A DNA stretch of 32,000 nucleotides from Methanothermobacter thermautotrophicus str. Delta H (GTDB lineage: Archaea > Methanobacteriota > Methanobacteria > Methanobacteriales > Methanothermobacteraceae), in contig NC_000916.1 in assembly GCF_000008645.1 (NCBI RefSeq), positions 1,560,001 to 1,592,000 of the forward strand, read 5' to 3'. This document shows, piece by piece, positions 18,875 to 28,678 of this stretch. The notes under the pieces are model-generated. The model ran no database searches. It had not been told where the DNA came from and saw only the letters and a list, made by a program, of their open reading frames with translations. Position 1 is the first letter of the stretch; each line of letters opens with the position of its first letter. Made by a program: the position numbers and the translations under genes.

Positions 18875-19775
18875 GACAAAGAATGCTACTCTAAAATCGA
18901 TCATAGATGTCATCCTCTACGAGAACCCGTCCACACAGGATGAAATCGCTGAACGCCTTGGCATAACAAGGAGGTACGTCACCAAGCTTCTGCAGCCCCT
19001 CATCAGGGAGGGCGTTGTTAGGAGGGCCTACATTGTGGATATAAAGAAATTTGATGAATTCCCTGAGCTCTTCGGTGAGGAGGTAACCTCGAGGGAATAC
19101 GCTGGAAGCTTCTTCATAAAGGAGATACTCAGGGACATGGCACAGCATGTGTGCAAACAGCTCAACAAATCCTTCAGGTCCCTGGAGGAGTACGATGAGG
19201 ACCTTGCAAATGAGGCCCTCAAGATGGACTACATAACAAACACAATGCATGAGAAGGTGCGCTCCTCTGTTGATACTGCAATAGCAATGAATCCCTACTC
19301 TGAGTTCAGCAAGACAATGGCCTTTACAGAGATAGCCTATGACCTTGAAAGGATAGGTGACCATTCAGCGATAATAGCAAACTTTGCCATAAAGGAATCC
19401 TATGAGGTTGACCCTGCAATGATGGAGTACCTCAGGGATATGTTCTCCATTGCCGTTGAGATGGTGAAAACTGCGATGGACGCCTTTCTGAATGAGAAAC
19501 TGGAACTGAAGGCAACTCTCATGTCCCTCGAGGATGATATTCACAGGATCCAGAAGAATGCCCTTAACTGTGTCGCCACCCAGATGGCTGAAACACCCTT
19601 TGAGGATAAGGAGAGGTCAACCTATTACATATCCCTCTCCAGGGTTGTTAAGACCCTTGAGAGAATAGCAGATATATCCATTGAGATATTCGACACTGCA
19701 GGTGAATACTACAGGAACATCCCGAGGACAACCACACCTGAACGCTTCAGGCGGAGGGAGAGAGAGGAGTCCTGA
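18864..19775 (+). CDS. Winged-HTH plus PhoU domain putative transcriptional regulator of phosphate uptake
   Basis: N-terminal LYENPSTQDEIAERLGITRRYVTKLLQPLIREGVVRR HTH, followed by a helical PhoU-like region (AYDLERIGDHSAIIANFA; LSRVVKTLERIADISIEI). Confidence 0.82.
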   Translation: MKNKTKNATLKSIIDVILYENPSTQDEIAERLGITRRYVTKLLQPLIREGVVRRAYIVDIKKFDEFPELFGEEVTSREYAGSFFIKEILRDMAQHVCKQLNKSFRSLEEYDEDLANEALKMDYITNTMHEKVRSSVDTAIAMNPYSEFSKTMAFTEIAYDLERIGDHSAIIANFAIKESYEVDPAMMEYLRDMFSIAVEMVKTAMDAFLNEKLELKATLMSLEDDIHRIQKNALNCVATQMAETPFEDKERSTYYISLSRVVKTLERIADISIEIFDTAGEYYRNIPRTTTPERFRRREREES

Positions 19776-19782
19776 TTAAGGT

Positions 19783-20061
19783 TCACCTGTTCCTCTTTTC
19801 TCTTTCCATGTACTCTTTTATCTTTTTCTCCTCCCATTCCTTACCCAGGAACCTATCACCTATAAAAACTCCGAAGGCATGCCATATTATTCCTATTCCC
19901 CAGAATACTGTTATCCAGTAGAACCACCATGTCCCGGGAGTTGAGAGGAGGTTTATGAGGAAGAGTGTAAGGTTAACTATTGTAAAAACTGATATGTGGA
20001 TGTAAAATCCCTTGAGATCCTCTACTCTCTTCCTGGCTCTTTTGTATTCGTCGTCTTCCAT
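19783..20061 (-). CDS. Small 2TM-domain membrane protein
   Basis: YKRARKRVEDLKGFYIHISVFTIVNLTLFLINLL...GKEWEEKKIKEYMEREKR, typical 2TM domain pattern. Confidence 0.75.
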   Translation of the reverse strand: MEDDEYKRARKRVEDLKGFYIHISVFTIVNLTLFLINLLSTPGTWWFYWITVFWGIGIIWHAFGVFIGDRFLGKEWEEKKIKEYMEREKRNR

Positions 20062-20900
20062 ATTTCTGACCCATTAAGTGTTCTGTAATCTGCTTCTAAT
20101 ATTCTTTTCTCCTCGCCGTCGTACTGTATTTCTTCGATTTCGAAGAATTTTCTGAAGGCTGGTTCCCGGACCTTTTCCTCGTAGACGTGGGATATGAGTC
20201 CTGGGAGGCGTCCTATCATGAATACTCCTGCTCCGGTCCTCCAGTCGAATCCCATGTCTGATAGTATGCCGGCGTTGGCCCCGTCAACGTTCATCCGGAC
20301 TCCCTTGCGTTCCAGGAGTATCTCCTGGACCTCCAGTGCAAGGCTGGTGTGGGGTCCCACGCAGCCGTAATCCTCTGCAAGTTCCAGTAACCTGACGGCC
20401 CGGGGGTCGGCGTTGTGGTAGCGGTGCCCGAACCCGGGGATCCTCCTGTTGGCCTGGAGGTGATCATCCACCAGCCTCAGGGCAGCATCAGGGATCTCAT
20501 CCTCAGACTCGCAGGATGATACAGTCTCCTGGAAGAGCTTCATGGAACGCTCAATGGCACCCGCATGATTCTTACCAAAGGCAAGCAGACCCCCGGCAAT
20601 ACAGGCATGAACCGGAGAACCCGCCGAGGCAATCATACGGGCAGCCTGAGTACTCGGCGGAGTAACACCATGATCACAGAAGGACACCAGGACAGCCTCA
20701 AGCATACGCGCAACATTCTGAGGGGGAAGCTCACCCCTGATCAGAAGATAAACCATCTCAGAAAAGGAAACACCACCAATAAGATCCTCCTGAGAATAAC
20801 CCCTCGTAACAATACGGTTAGGCTCAACACGCGTAATGGAAGTCCTCCACCTGGGATTTTTAACCCGCAGTATATCATTTATTATCCCTTCATTCATCAT
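20022..20900 (-). CDS. Short citrate synthase/citryl-CoA lyase family protein
   Basis: PPSTQAARMIASAGSPVHACIAGGLLAFGKNHAGAIE, RRIPGFGHRYH, GANAGILSDMGF. ATG at 20900 is preceded by GGAGTGAT; TATA-like TTTAAATAC just upstream. Confidence 0.82.
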   Translation of the reverse strand: MMNEGIINDILRVKNPRWRTSITRVEPNRIVTRGYSQEDLIGGVSFSEMVYLLIRGELPPQNVARMLEAVLVSFCDHGVTPPSTQAARMIASAGSPVHACIAGGLLAFGKNHAGAIERSMKLFQETVSSCESEDEIPDAALRLVDDHLQANRRIPGFGHRYHNADPRAVRLLELAEDYGCVGPHTSLALEVQEILLERKGVRMNVDGANAGILSDMGFDWRTGAGVFMIGRLPGLISHVYEEKVREPAFRKFFEIEEIQYDGEEKRILEADYRTLNGSEIWKTTNTKEPGRE

Positions 20901-20999
20901 ATCACTCCATCTGATCTTCATGTATTTAAATTTTAATGCATTTAGTGCATCTTTATTCACTTATTGTGAATTAAATTCCTCTGCGCACAGGGTTTAGTT

Positions 21000-21031
21000 C
21001 ACAAAATAGGTAATTAAGTACACAAAAATAG
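21000..21031 (+). promoter_or_regulatory. Two direct repeats CACAAAATAG / CACAAAAATAG upstream of pstS, spaced about 21 bp
   Basis: 21000-21009 and 21021-21031, immediately upstream of TATA-like TTTTAAATAG (21036-21045). Confidence 0.45.
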
Positions 21032-21077
21032 TAAATTTTAAATAGTTCTAGGATAAGGTAAAGGTTGAGGTGATAAA

Positions 21078-21893
21078 ATGGACACCAAACTGATCATAGG
21101 AATAGTCGTGGCAATTGTAATTATTGCAGGCGCAGTCCTGGCACTTGGAGGTGGCGGACAGCAGGAGAAGATAGACATTGTTGGTTCAACATCTGTCCAG
21201 CCAGTTGCAGAGAAACTTGCAGCTGAGTACATGAAGAAGCACCTCAATGTTAAGATAAACGTCCAGGGCGGCGGATCCAGTGTCGGTATCAAGAGTGCCG
21301 CTGACGGCACAGCAGACATCGGAACAAGTTCAAAGGAACTCAAGCCCGATGAGAAGAAGGGCCTCACAGAATACCTTATAGGTAAGGATGGAATAGCCAT
21401 AATCGTAAACAGCAAGAACACAGTCTCAGACCTAACAAAGGACCAGGTGAAGGATATCTTCAGCGGTAAGATAACCAACTGGAAGGAGGTCGGAGGCCCC
21501 GATGCAAAGATAACAGTGGTAACACGTGAAGACGGCTCAGGAACCAGGAAGGCCTTCGAGGAAATAGTGATGGGTAAAGAGACCAAGATAAAGAAGGATG
21601 CCATAGTTGAAAGTTCAACAGAGGCAGTTAAACAGGCAGTTAAACAGGATCCAAACGCCATAGGATTCATATCACTCGCCAATCTCGATGAAACAGTCAA
21701 GGCACTTAAAATAGATGGTGTCGCACCATCAGAGCAGACAGTCGCAGATGGATCCTACAAGATACAGAGACCATTCCTGTTCCTGGTAAAGGGCAGCGCA
21801 AAGGGTGCAGTTAAGGACTTCATAGACTGGGTCCTCAGCCCGGAGGGACAGGCAATAATCAAATCAGAAAAGGTTGTACCGGCAAAGGCCTAG
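21078..21893 (+). CDS. pstS: Phosphate ABC transporter substrate-binding protein, copy 1
   Basis: N-terminal TM/signal, [41 protein letters not shown]; AGGTGAT upstream. Confidence 0.95.
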   Translation: MDTKLIIGIVVAIVIIAGAVLALGGGGQQEKIDIVGSTSVQPVAEKLAAEYMKKHLNVKINVQGGGSSVGIKSAADGTADIGTSSKELKPDEKKGLTEYLIGKDGIAIIVNSKNTVSDLTKDQVKDIFSGKITNWKEVGGPDAKITVVTREDGSGTRKAFEEIVMGKETKIKKDAIVESSTEAVKQAVKQDPNAIGFISLANLDETVKALKIDGVAPSEQTVADGSYKIQRPFLFLVKGSAKGAVKDFIDWVLSPEGQAIIKSEKVVPAKA

Positions 21894-21918
21894 TGGTTTT
21901 CACAACCACAACATTTTT
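21893..21918 (+). terminator. Hairpin plus T-run after the first pstS
   Basis: GTGGTT-ttcac-AACCAC (21893-21909) followed by aacaTTTTTTC; possible attenuator or processing site. Confidence 0.45.
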
Positions 21919-21985
21919 TCTTTCCGTCACCTTCAAGTGAACTTTATTAACCAATAGGTGAAATCAATAACTGAAGGTGATGGAC

Positions 21986-22813
21986 ATGGAGCTGAAACCC
22001 AAAAACATCCTCATAATAATCATTATCATCGCACTCGCATACCTCATGATCAAACCCGGAGCAGACTATGAGAGAATTGAAATTGCTGGTTCCACATCTG
22101 TTCAGCCAGTTGCAGAGGAACTTGCAGCTGAGTACATGAAGAAGCACCCCGATGTTAAGATAAACGTCCAGGGCGGCGGTTCCGGGATGGGTGTAAGGAC
22201 GGTCCAGCAGGGAATAGTCGATATAGGGACCAGCTCAAAGGCCCTGAAACCTGAGGAAAAGGACGACCTTCAGGAATACGTGATAGGTAAGGATGGTATA
22301 GTGATAGCCGTTAACAACCAGAACCCCGTCGATGATCTGACAGTGGACCAGCTCAGGGATATCTTCAGCGGTAAGATAACCAACTGGAAGGAGGTCGGAG
22401 GCCCCGATGCAGAGATACATGTGATAGTCCGTGAGGAGGGATCAGGGACCAGAAGCTCATTCAAATCACTTGTCATGAAGGACGAGAAGATAAGGTCCGA
22501 TGCAATCGTTCAGGGCTCCACAGAATCCGTGAAACAGGCCATAAAGAGCGACCCCTACGCAATTGGATTCGTTTCAATGGCACATATGAGTTCCGATGTG
22601 AAGGCACTTGAGGTGAATGGAGTGACACCCTCAGAGACCACCATAGCAGACGGATCCTATCCACTGGTGGTCCCATTCGAATTCCTGACAAAGGGAGAAC
22701 CCAGGGGAGTCGTAAAGGACTTCATAAAGTGGGTTTTCTCACCTGAAGGGCAGGCCATTGTAAGGAGCCAGAAGGTTGTACCGGCAATAGCAAATGTCTC
22801 GGATGATACCTAG
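21986..22813 (+). CDS. pstS: Phosphate ABC transporter substrate-binding protein, copy 2
   Basis: Closely paralogous to copy 1 ([37 protein letters not shown]; [10 protein letters not shown]). Start at 21986, or possibly 21977/21980. Confidence 0.93.
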   Translation: MELKPKNILIIIIIIALAYLMIKPGADYERIEIAGSTSVQPVAEELAAEYMKKHPDVKINVQGGGSGMGVRTVQQGIVDIGTSSKALKPEEKDDLQEYVIGKDGIVIAVNNQNPVDDLTVDQLRDIFSGKITNWKEVGGPDAEIHVIVREEGSGTRSSFKSLVMKDEKIRSDAIVQGSTESVKQAIKSDPYAIGFVSMAHMSSDVKALEVNGVTPSETTIADGSYPLVVPFEFLTKGEPRGVVKDFIKWVFSPEGQAIVRSQKVVPAIANVSDDT

Positions 22814-22823
22814 GAGGTAAAGC

Positions 22824-23699
22824 ATGATCAGCAAAACAAGGGAAAAACTCATTGAGAAGGGTCTTTTCATAACCGCAATATTCTCAATAATCGCCATCCT
22901 TCTCATAATAGTCTTCATATTCAGGGAGGGATTCCCCATATTCCAGGGGTATGGGGTCACAAACTTCATCTTTGGAATGGACTGGGCACCTTCAGATGGT
23001 AAGTACGGCATCTTCACCATGATCGTCGGGTCACTGTACATAACCTTCCTGTCCCTGGCCATAGCCGTCCCCCTTTCAATCCTATGCGCAATATTCATGG
23101 CTGAGGTGTCACCTGAAATAATGCGCAGGATACTCAAACCGGTAATAGAGACCCTTGCAGCAATACCATCAGTGGTATATGGTTTCTTTGGGCTGATCAT
23201 CCTGGTACCCTTCATAAGGTCCAGCCTTGGAGGTACCGGTTTCGGACTTCTAACAGCATCACTCATACTCACGGTCATGATAATGCCAACAATAATCAGT
23301 GTCTCAGAGGATGCCCTAAGATCGGTGCCACTGGAGTACAAGGAGGCCTCCCTTGCACTTGGGGCCACCCAGTGGCAGACCATCAGGAAGGTGATATTCC
23401 CGGCGGCACTGCCAGGCATCATCACATCAATCATCCTCGGGATGGGTCGTGCCATCGGTGAGACCCTGGCAGTTATCATGGTGGCCGGTAACGTCACCCA
23501 GATACCATCATCGATACTGGACCCTGTAAGGGCCCTCACATCCAACATAGCACTGGAGATGGGCTACGCCACCGGGCTGCACTACAGCGCACTCTTCGGG
23601 ACCGCCATCATCCTGTTTTTTGTCATAATGGCTCTGCTGGTGGTTGCCAACTACTTCCACTACAAGAAAAAGATAGTTATAGGTGGAGGATATCTCTAG
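22824..23699 (+). CDS. pstC: Phosphate ABC transporter permease
   Basis: [57 protein letters not shown] loop, [16 protein letters not shown]. Confidence 0.93.
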   Translation: MISKTREKLIEKGLFITAIFSIIAILLIIVFIFREGFPIFQGYGVTNFIFGMDWAPSDGKYGIFTMIVGSLYITFLSLAIAVPLSILCAIFMAEVSPEIMRRILKPVIETLAAIPSVVYGFFGLIILVPFIRSSLGGTGFGLLTASLILTVMIMPTIISVSEDALRSVPLEYKEASLALGATQWQTIRKVIFPAALPGIITSIILGMGRAIGETLAVIMVAGNVTQIPSSILDPVRALTSNIALEMGYATGLHYSALFGTAIILFFVIMALLVVANYFHYKKKIVIGGGYL

Positions 23700-23709
23700 G
23701 AGGCTTAAA

Positions 23710-24561
23710 ATGTCCTTCAGAATAATATCACCCAAGACAAGCCAGAAGATAATGACAGGAATCTTCTGGGCTTCAGGAATCGTGACAGTACTGATACTGC
23801 TCATAATAATTGGCTACATACTCATGAAGGGCTTGCCAGCCGTAAACCTGGAATTCCTGCTTTCAGAACCGGTTGACTCTGGAAGAGCAGGTGGGATAGC
23901 TCCCATGATAGTATCCAGCCTCTACGTCACACTGCTAGCCGGTATAATAGCAACACCACTGGGTGTCGGGGCAGCGGTCTACATGACAGAGTATGCCACA
24001 GAGGAACGCATCGTGAAGCTGATAAAGTTCGGAGCAGAAACCCTGGCATCCATACCATCAATAGTATTCGGGCTTTTTGGCTTATCATTCTTCGTGGTTT
24101 TCCTCGGCCTCGGGTGGTCAATCCTCTCAGGGGGACTTGTACTGGCCCTCATGGCTCTTCCAACCATATTCCAGGTTGCCCAGGTCTCAGTAGAGACGGT
24201 TCCACAATCCTACAGGGAGGGAAGCCTGGCGCTTGGAGCCACAAAGTGGGAGACCATCTACAGGGTGGTTATCCCTGCAGCAATCCCCGGCATAACCACC
24301 GGTGTGATACTGGGAATGGCCAGGGCCATATCAGAGGCTGCTGCGGTAATGTTCGTTGTGGGGTCAGCACTTTCAATGCCAGTATCCATCTTCGACCCTG
24401 GAAGGCCCCTCCCACTTCACCTCTATGTGCTGGCAACAGAGGGCATTTCACTGAAGAACGCCTACGGCACCGCGGCTGTCCTTGTGATAATCGTCCTTTT
24501 AATCACGGTTCTAACAAACACTCTTGTTGATAGATACAGAAGGAAGATGATGGGGAGATAG
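23710..24561 (+). CDS. pstA: Phosphate ABC transporter permease
   Basis: [47 protein letters not shown]; AGGAGG before ATG 23710. Confidence 0.93.
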   Translation: MSFRIISPKTSQKIMTGIFWASGIVTVLILLIIIGYILMKGLPAVNLEFLLSEPVDSGRAGGIAPMIVSSLYVTLLAGIIATPLGVGAAVYMTEYATEERIVKLIKFGAETLASIPSIVFGLFGLSFFVVFLGLGWSILSGGLVLALMALPTIFQVAQVSVETVPQSYREGSLALGATKWETIYRVVIPAAIPGITTGVILGMARAISEAAAVMFVVGSALSMPVSIFDPGRPLPLHLYVLATEGISLKNAYGTAAVLVIIVLLITVLTNTLVDRYRRKMMGR

Positions 24562-24570
24562 GTGATCTGC

Positions 24571-25323
24571 ATGTACAGAATCGAAGTTGAGGACCTGAAC
24601 GTTTACTTTGACGAGGCGCACATACTCAAGGATATAAACCTCAAGATACCCAAGAACACGGTCACAGCCCTCATAGGGCCATCAGGCTGTGGTAAGTCAA
24701 CATTCATCAGAACCCTTAACAGGATGAATGATGTGATAAGCGGCTTCAGGCATGAGGGCCACGTCTACCTTGATGGTAAGGACATCTATGACCCTGACAT
24801 GGATGTGGTGGAGCTCAGAAAGAAGGTTGGGATGGTCTTCCAGAAACCCAACCCCTTCCCTAAGTCCATATTTGAAAATGTAGCCTACGGTCTCAGGGTC
24901 CATGGATATGATGACAGGGACTTCATAGAGGAGCGTGTGGAGGAAAGCCTGAGGGCTGCAGCTCTCTGGGATGAGGTCAAGGACAAACTTGATAAATCCG
25001 CCCTTGGACTCTCAGGGGGACAGCAGCAGAGGCTATGCATAGCAAGGACCATAGCCATAGAACCTGAGGTTATACTCATGGATGAACCGTGTTCAGCCCT
25101 TGACCCCATATCAACCACCAAGATCGAGGATCTCATCCACAAGCTCAAGAATGACTACACCATCATCATAGTGACCCACAACATGCAGCAGGCCACAAGA
25201 GTCTCAAAGTACACAGCCTTCTTCCTGCATGGTGAAATAGTTGAAAGCGGCCTCACAGAGCAGATATTCATAGAGCCGAGGGATAAAAGGACTGAGGACT
25301 ACATTACAGGAAGATTTGGATAA
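24571..25323 (+). CDS. pstB: Phosphate ABC transporter ATP-binding protein
   Basis: [55 protein letters not shown]. Confidence 0.96.
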   Translation: MYRIEVEDLNVYFDEAHILKDINLKIPKNTVTALIGPSGCGKSTFIRTLNRMNDVISGFRHEGHVYLDGKDIYDPDMDVVELRKKVGMVFQKPNPFPKSIFENVAYGLRVHGYDDRDFIEERVEESLRAAALWDEVKDKLDKSALGLSGGQQQRLCIARTIAIEPEVILMDEPCSALDPISTTKIEDLIHKLKNDYTIIIVTHNMQQATRVSKYTAFFLHGEIVESGLTEQIFIEPRDKRTEDYITGRFG

Positions 25324-25325
25324 GG

Positions 25326-25979
25326 GTGTGGAAATTGATCGGCGCTCTCCTTGAAAGCAGACTTTCAAATGTCCTGGATGAAACCGTCAGGTATGGTAAT
25401 GAAACCTCTGAAAGGGTGGGAAGAACCGTATCCAGCTACATCAAAGGGGATGAGGAGACTGCAAGGGAATTGATAGAGACAACGGCAGCTGTTAATGAGA
25501 AGAGCTACAGGATAGAGGATGAATGCCTCAAAATCCTTGGCCTTCATCAGCCCGTTGCAAAGGACCTGAGGCTGGCATCCAGTATAATGAGAAGTGCAAT
25601 TGAACTTGAGAGGATAAACATACTCCTTGCCTACATTGCAAGGTACGCAATTGATGGAAGGGACAGGACACCTCCACACATAGAGTTCATGTCCCAGACG
25701 GTTCAGGATATGATAAATGATGCGCTCGGGGCCCTCATGAACCGTGACATCCAGCTACTTAAAAGGTCAACGAGGAATTATATCCAGCTTCAGGATCTAT
25801 ACAACCAGCTTCAGGAGTCAAACAGGGACTTCTCAGAATCAGGTAATCTTATGCTGGTAGCAAGGAATCTGCTCAGCATGGGCCACCATGTTATGGGGAT
25901 GGACGACAGGATAGCCTATCTCATAGTGGGTAAAAGGGTTATCCATCATAAGGTCTTCTACAGTGTACTTATGAAATGA
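25326..25979 (+). CDS. phoU: PhoU family phosphate uptake regulator
   Basis: Follows pstB; IEDECLKILGLHQPVAKDLRLASSIMRSAIELERINILLAYIARYA PhoU signature. Confidence 0.88.
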   Translation: MWKLIGALLESRLSNVLDETVRYGNETSERVGRTVSSYIKGDEETARELIETTAAVNEKSYRIEDECLKILGLHQPVAKDLRLASSIMRSAIELERINILLAYIARYAIDGRDRTPPHIEFMSQTVQDMINDALGALMNRDIQLLKRSTRNYIQLQDLYNQLQESNRDFSESGNLMLVARNLLSMGHHVMGMDDRIAYLIVGKRVIHHKVFYSVLMK

Positions 25980-25996
25980 ATAGTTGGGGGGATTAA

Positions 25997-26434
25997 ATGT
26001 GGCTACCCTTTGATAACCCGAGGAAGATGGACTACACCGTCCTTAAAAGGTCTTCAGTACCCGAATTTTCGTATATAAGGATCCTGGACAATGAAAACGA
26101 GGCCATAATCTTCGTAACGGGAAATAACATTGTGGGAGCCTGGCACATTGACCTCAACACCCTCGAGGAGACTCACAGCCATAAGGCAATGGAGAGACTG
26201 GAGATAAACCATGATTCAGTGGTGGAGGTCTATGAGACCGATGCGGATCTCTTCGAGACCCTGATTGAACTCAATGATGAATCAAAACTTTCAATACCCA
26301 TTGATGCGGAGATTATAATAAATGAAATGTTCCTTGATAAATCATCCCGTGAGGAGCTCCTTGAAAGGTACAGGATAAGGGTTCCGACTGATGAGGCGAT
26401 TGAAAGGTTGATTGAGGATTACAAATCCAGATAG
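25997..26434 (+). CDS. Conserved hypothetical protein between two phoU genes
   Basis: 145 aa, no TM, no motif I recognise; starts MWLPFDNPRKMDYTVLKR; tight operon spacing. Confidence 0.7.
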   Translation: MWLPFDNPRKMDYTVLKRSSVPEFSYIRILDNENEAIIFVTGNNIVGAWHIDLNTLEETHSHKAMERLEINHDSVVEVYETDADLFETLIELNDESKLSIPIDAEIIINEMFLDKSSREELLERYRIRVPTDEAIERLIEDYKSR

Positions 26435-26455
26435 TAAAATCCAGGAGGACTTTTA

Positions 26456-27115
26456 ATGGAAAAGAAGTATCCGCGGATACTGTTCCGCAAAAGGCTTAAG
26501 GATCTGAGGAAGGATATGGAGGAGGTTTCACAGAAAACCCTTAAAACACATAAACTAGCAGTTGACCTCCTGATGGAGTATGATGAGGAAAAAAAGGAGA
26601 AGGTAATAAAAAACAGCAGGGCAATAGATGACATGGTCTTCAACCTTGAGAGGAAGGCTATAAGTTTAATAGCAGCTGAACAACCCGTTGCAGGAGACCT
26701 GAGATTTATAGAGGCCTGCATTAAGGTTGGAAGTCATCTCAAGAGGATAGGCTACCTGGCGGCCAACATAGCCGAGGCTGCAGAGAAACTGAAGGACGAG
26801 GAAATTCCGAGAAGACCCCTTGAAGACCTGAAGCACATGTCTGACTTCGTGCAGATGATGCTCTCCAAGGGAATCTACGCATTCCTTGACCAGAACATGG
26901 AAATGGCGAGGGAGCTCAGGCATGATGATGATAAGGTGGATGACCTCTTTGACCAGACACTTGAACATGTAACAAGAAGCATGTTTGAGGATAAGGAATC
27001 AATCTCATACCTGGTTAATCTCCTCTTCATAGCAAGATTCCTTGAGAGGGTTGGTGACAGGGCTGTCAGCATTGCTGATAGGACGATCTTCATGATAACG
27101 TGTGAGAAGCCATGA
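26456..27115 (+). CDS. phoU: PhoU family protein, second copy
   Basis: [45 protein letters not shown] upstream. Confidence 0.88.
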   Translation: [219 protein letters not shown]

Positions 27116-27166
27116 AGGCTGTCAGCATTGCTGATAGGACGATCTTCATCATGAGAGAAGCATGAA
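27061..27166 (+). repeat. Imperfect tandem duplication (56-nt period) over the 3' end of phoU
   Basis: GGCTGTCAGCATTGCTGATAGGACGATCTTCAT is identical at 27061-27093 and 27117-27149, followed by similar ...GAGAAGC(C)ATGAA tails. Confidence 0.95.
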
Positions 27167-27320
27167 TAAACACCTAATTCCAACCTTTATTTTCACTGTA
27201 TTCGCATCATCTGCAACCCTTTTATTCTTATTCACAGGAAAAGCATTCTACATTTTCAATTTGTCTGGAGGTGCCTCATGGAATGCCCGATGGATGTTCA
27301 TCCCGAAAAAGAAAAATTAA
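27162..27320 (+). CDS. Small (52 aa) putative single-pass membrane protein, absent from the ORF track
   Basis: ATG 27162 to TAA 27318-27320: MNKHLIPTFIFTVFASSATLLFLFTGKAFYIFNLSGGASWNARWMFIPKKKN. Confidence 0.4.
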   Translation: MNKHLIPTFIFTVFASSATLLFLFTGKAFYIFNLSGGASWNARWMFIPKKKN

Positions 27321-27377
27321 CGGTACTGAATGTATACTCTGCATGAGATGTGTTTTTTCATGTCCTGCAGGAGCCCT

Positions 27378-28223
27378 TCACATATGATCTCTCAGGATTG
27401 CAGTGGCTCTCCTTGCAGCCCAGCACTGTATGCAGACACCCACGGGGAGCCCTGCAGTGTGTGTATGGGCAGTCTTTATCTTAACGTCAAGGGCGGTGGT
27501 CTTACCACCCATACCCATGGGGCCACTGCCAGACTCGTTGATGGAGTTCAGTATGTCCTCCTCGAGGGATGCAAGTTTTTTATCAGGATTTCTATCCCCA
27601 ACACGTTCAAGCAGGGCCTTCTTTGCAAGTTTCATCGCAAGGTCAGAGGAGCCACCGATACCCACACCCACAATTACAGGGGGGCATGGCTTTCCACCGG
27701 CTTCCAGGACGGTCCTCACAACAAAGTCTTTAATACCCTCAATTCCATCACCCGGGAGGCCCATAAGGAGTGCATTGTTGTTCTCAGACCCGAATCCCTT
27801 CGGAAAAACTGTTATCTCAAGATTATCAGTGTCTGTGATTTCAACGTCGATCTGAGGTATCATCTGACCGGTATTTGTGCCGGTGTTCTCCCTTGTGAGG
27901 GGATCAACAACATTTGGGCGCAGCGGAACCTCCGCTGTGGCCCTCTCAACACCTGCAGCTATACCCTCGTAGAGGTCTTCAACCTCAACCTTACCCATCC
28001 TCACAAAGACGATGGGGAGCCCGGTGTCCTGACAGACAGGCACCTCCATCTTCTCTGCCAGTTCAATGTTATCAAGGATTGCCTTGAGGTTGAGGAGGGC
28101 TATCTCGTCTTCCTCCTGTAGGTAGGCCTTTTTAATCGCAAACGTGACATCGGGGGGTATCCTGATAACAGCCTCCCTGAACAGACGGCACACGGTCTCC
28201 TCAACGGTCTCCCTGCTTATCAT
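27378..28223 (-). CDS. fumA: Fumarate hydratase, alpha subunit (iron-dependent class I type)
   Basis: [70 protein letters not shown]. Confidence 0.92.
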   Translation of the reverse strand: MISRETVEETVCRLFREAVIRIPPDVTFAIKKAYLQEEDEIALLNLKAILDNIELAEKMEVPVCQDTGLPIVFVRMGKVEVEDLYEGIAAGVERATAEVPLRPNVVDPLTRENTGTNTGQMIPQIDVEITDTDNLEITVFPKGFGSENNNALLMGLPGDGIEGIKDFVVRTVLEAGGKPCPPVIVGVGIGGSSDLAMKLAKKALLERVGDRNPDKKLASLEEDILNSINESGSGPMGMGGKTTALDVKIKTAHTHTAGLPVGVCIQCWAARRATAILRDHM

Positions 28224-28245
28224 AGGATCACCATAAAAAATTAGT

Positions 28246-28677
28246 TTAATATTTCATGAGATTTTTCAGGCGTTTGAGCTCCCCGGCTATTTTATCCCTC
28301 TTTGCAGCCATCATATCCTCTGAGCTTTCACTGAGGGCGCCCTTTGGGCATACCATTACGCAGAGGGGCTTATCCCTGTCGATGCAGAGGTCGCATTTCA
28401 CTGCAACACCCCTCTCATTCAGGGTTATGGCACCCACGGGGCAGGCGTCCCGGCAGAGGCCGCAACCGATACACCGGTCCTCTAGGATGACCACAGCACC
28501 ATCCACTTCGACTATGGCATCCTCAGGGCATATGTTGAGGCAGGGGGCCCTTTCAGGTGAGCAGTGCATGCAGAAAACTGGAACACCATCTATAACCCGG
28601 ATGGCGTTCTTTGGACATATCCTCTCACATTTCATGCACTCATCGCACAGTTCTGGATTTGAAACCAGCTCTCTCAT
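28246..28677 (-). CDS. porF: Polyferredoxin associated with pyruvate:ferredoxin oxidoreductase
   Basis: Cys motifs [24 protein letters not shown]; ATG 28677 preceded by CAGGAGGAC. Gene symbol by context. Confidence 0.8.
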   Translation of the reverse strand: MRELVSNPELCDECMKCERICPKNAIRVIDGVPVFCMHCSPERAPCLNICPEDAIVEVDGAVVILEDRCIGCGLCRDACPVGAITLNERGVAVKCDLCIDRDKPLCVMVCPKGALSESSEDMMAAKRDKIAGELKRLKNLMKY

Positions 28678-28678
28678 T

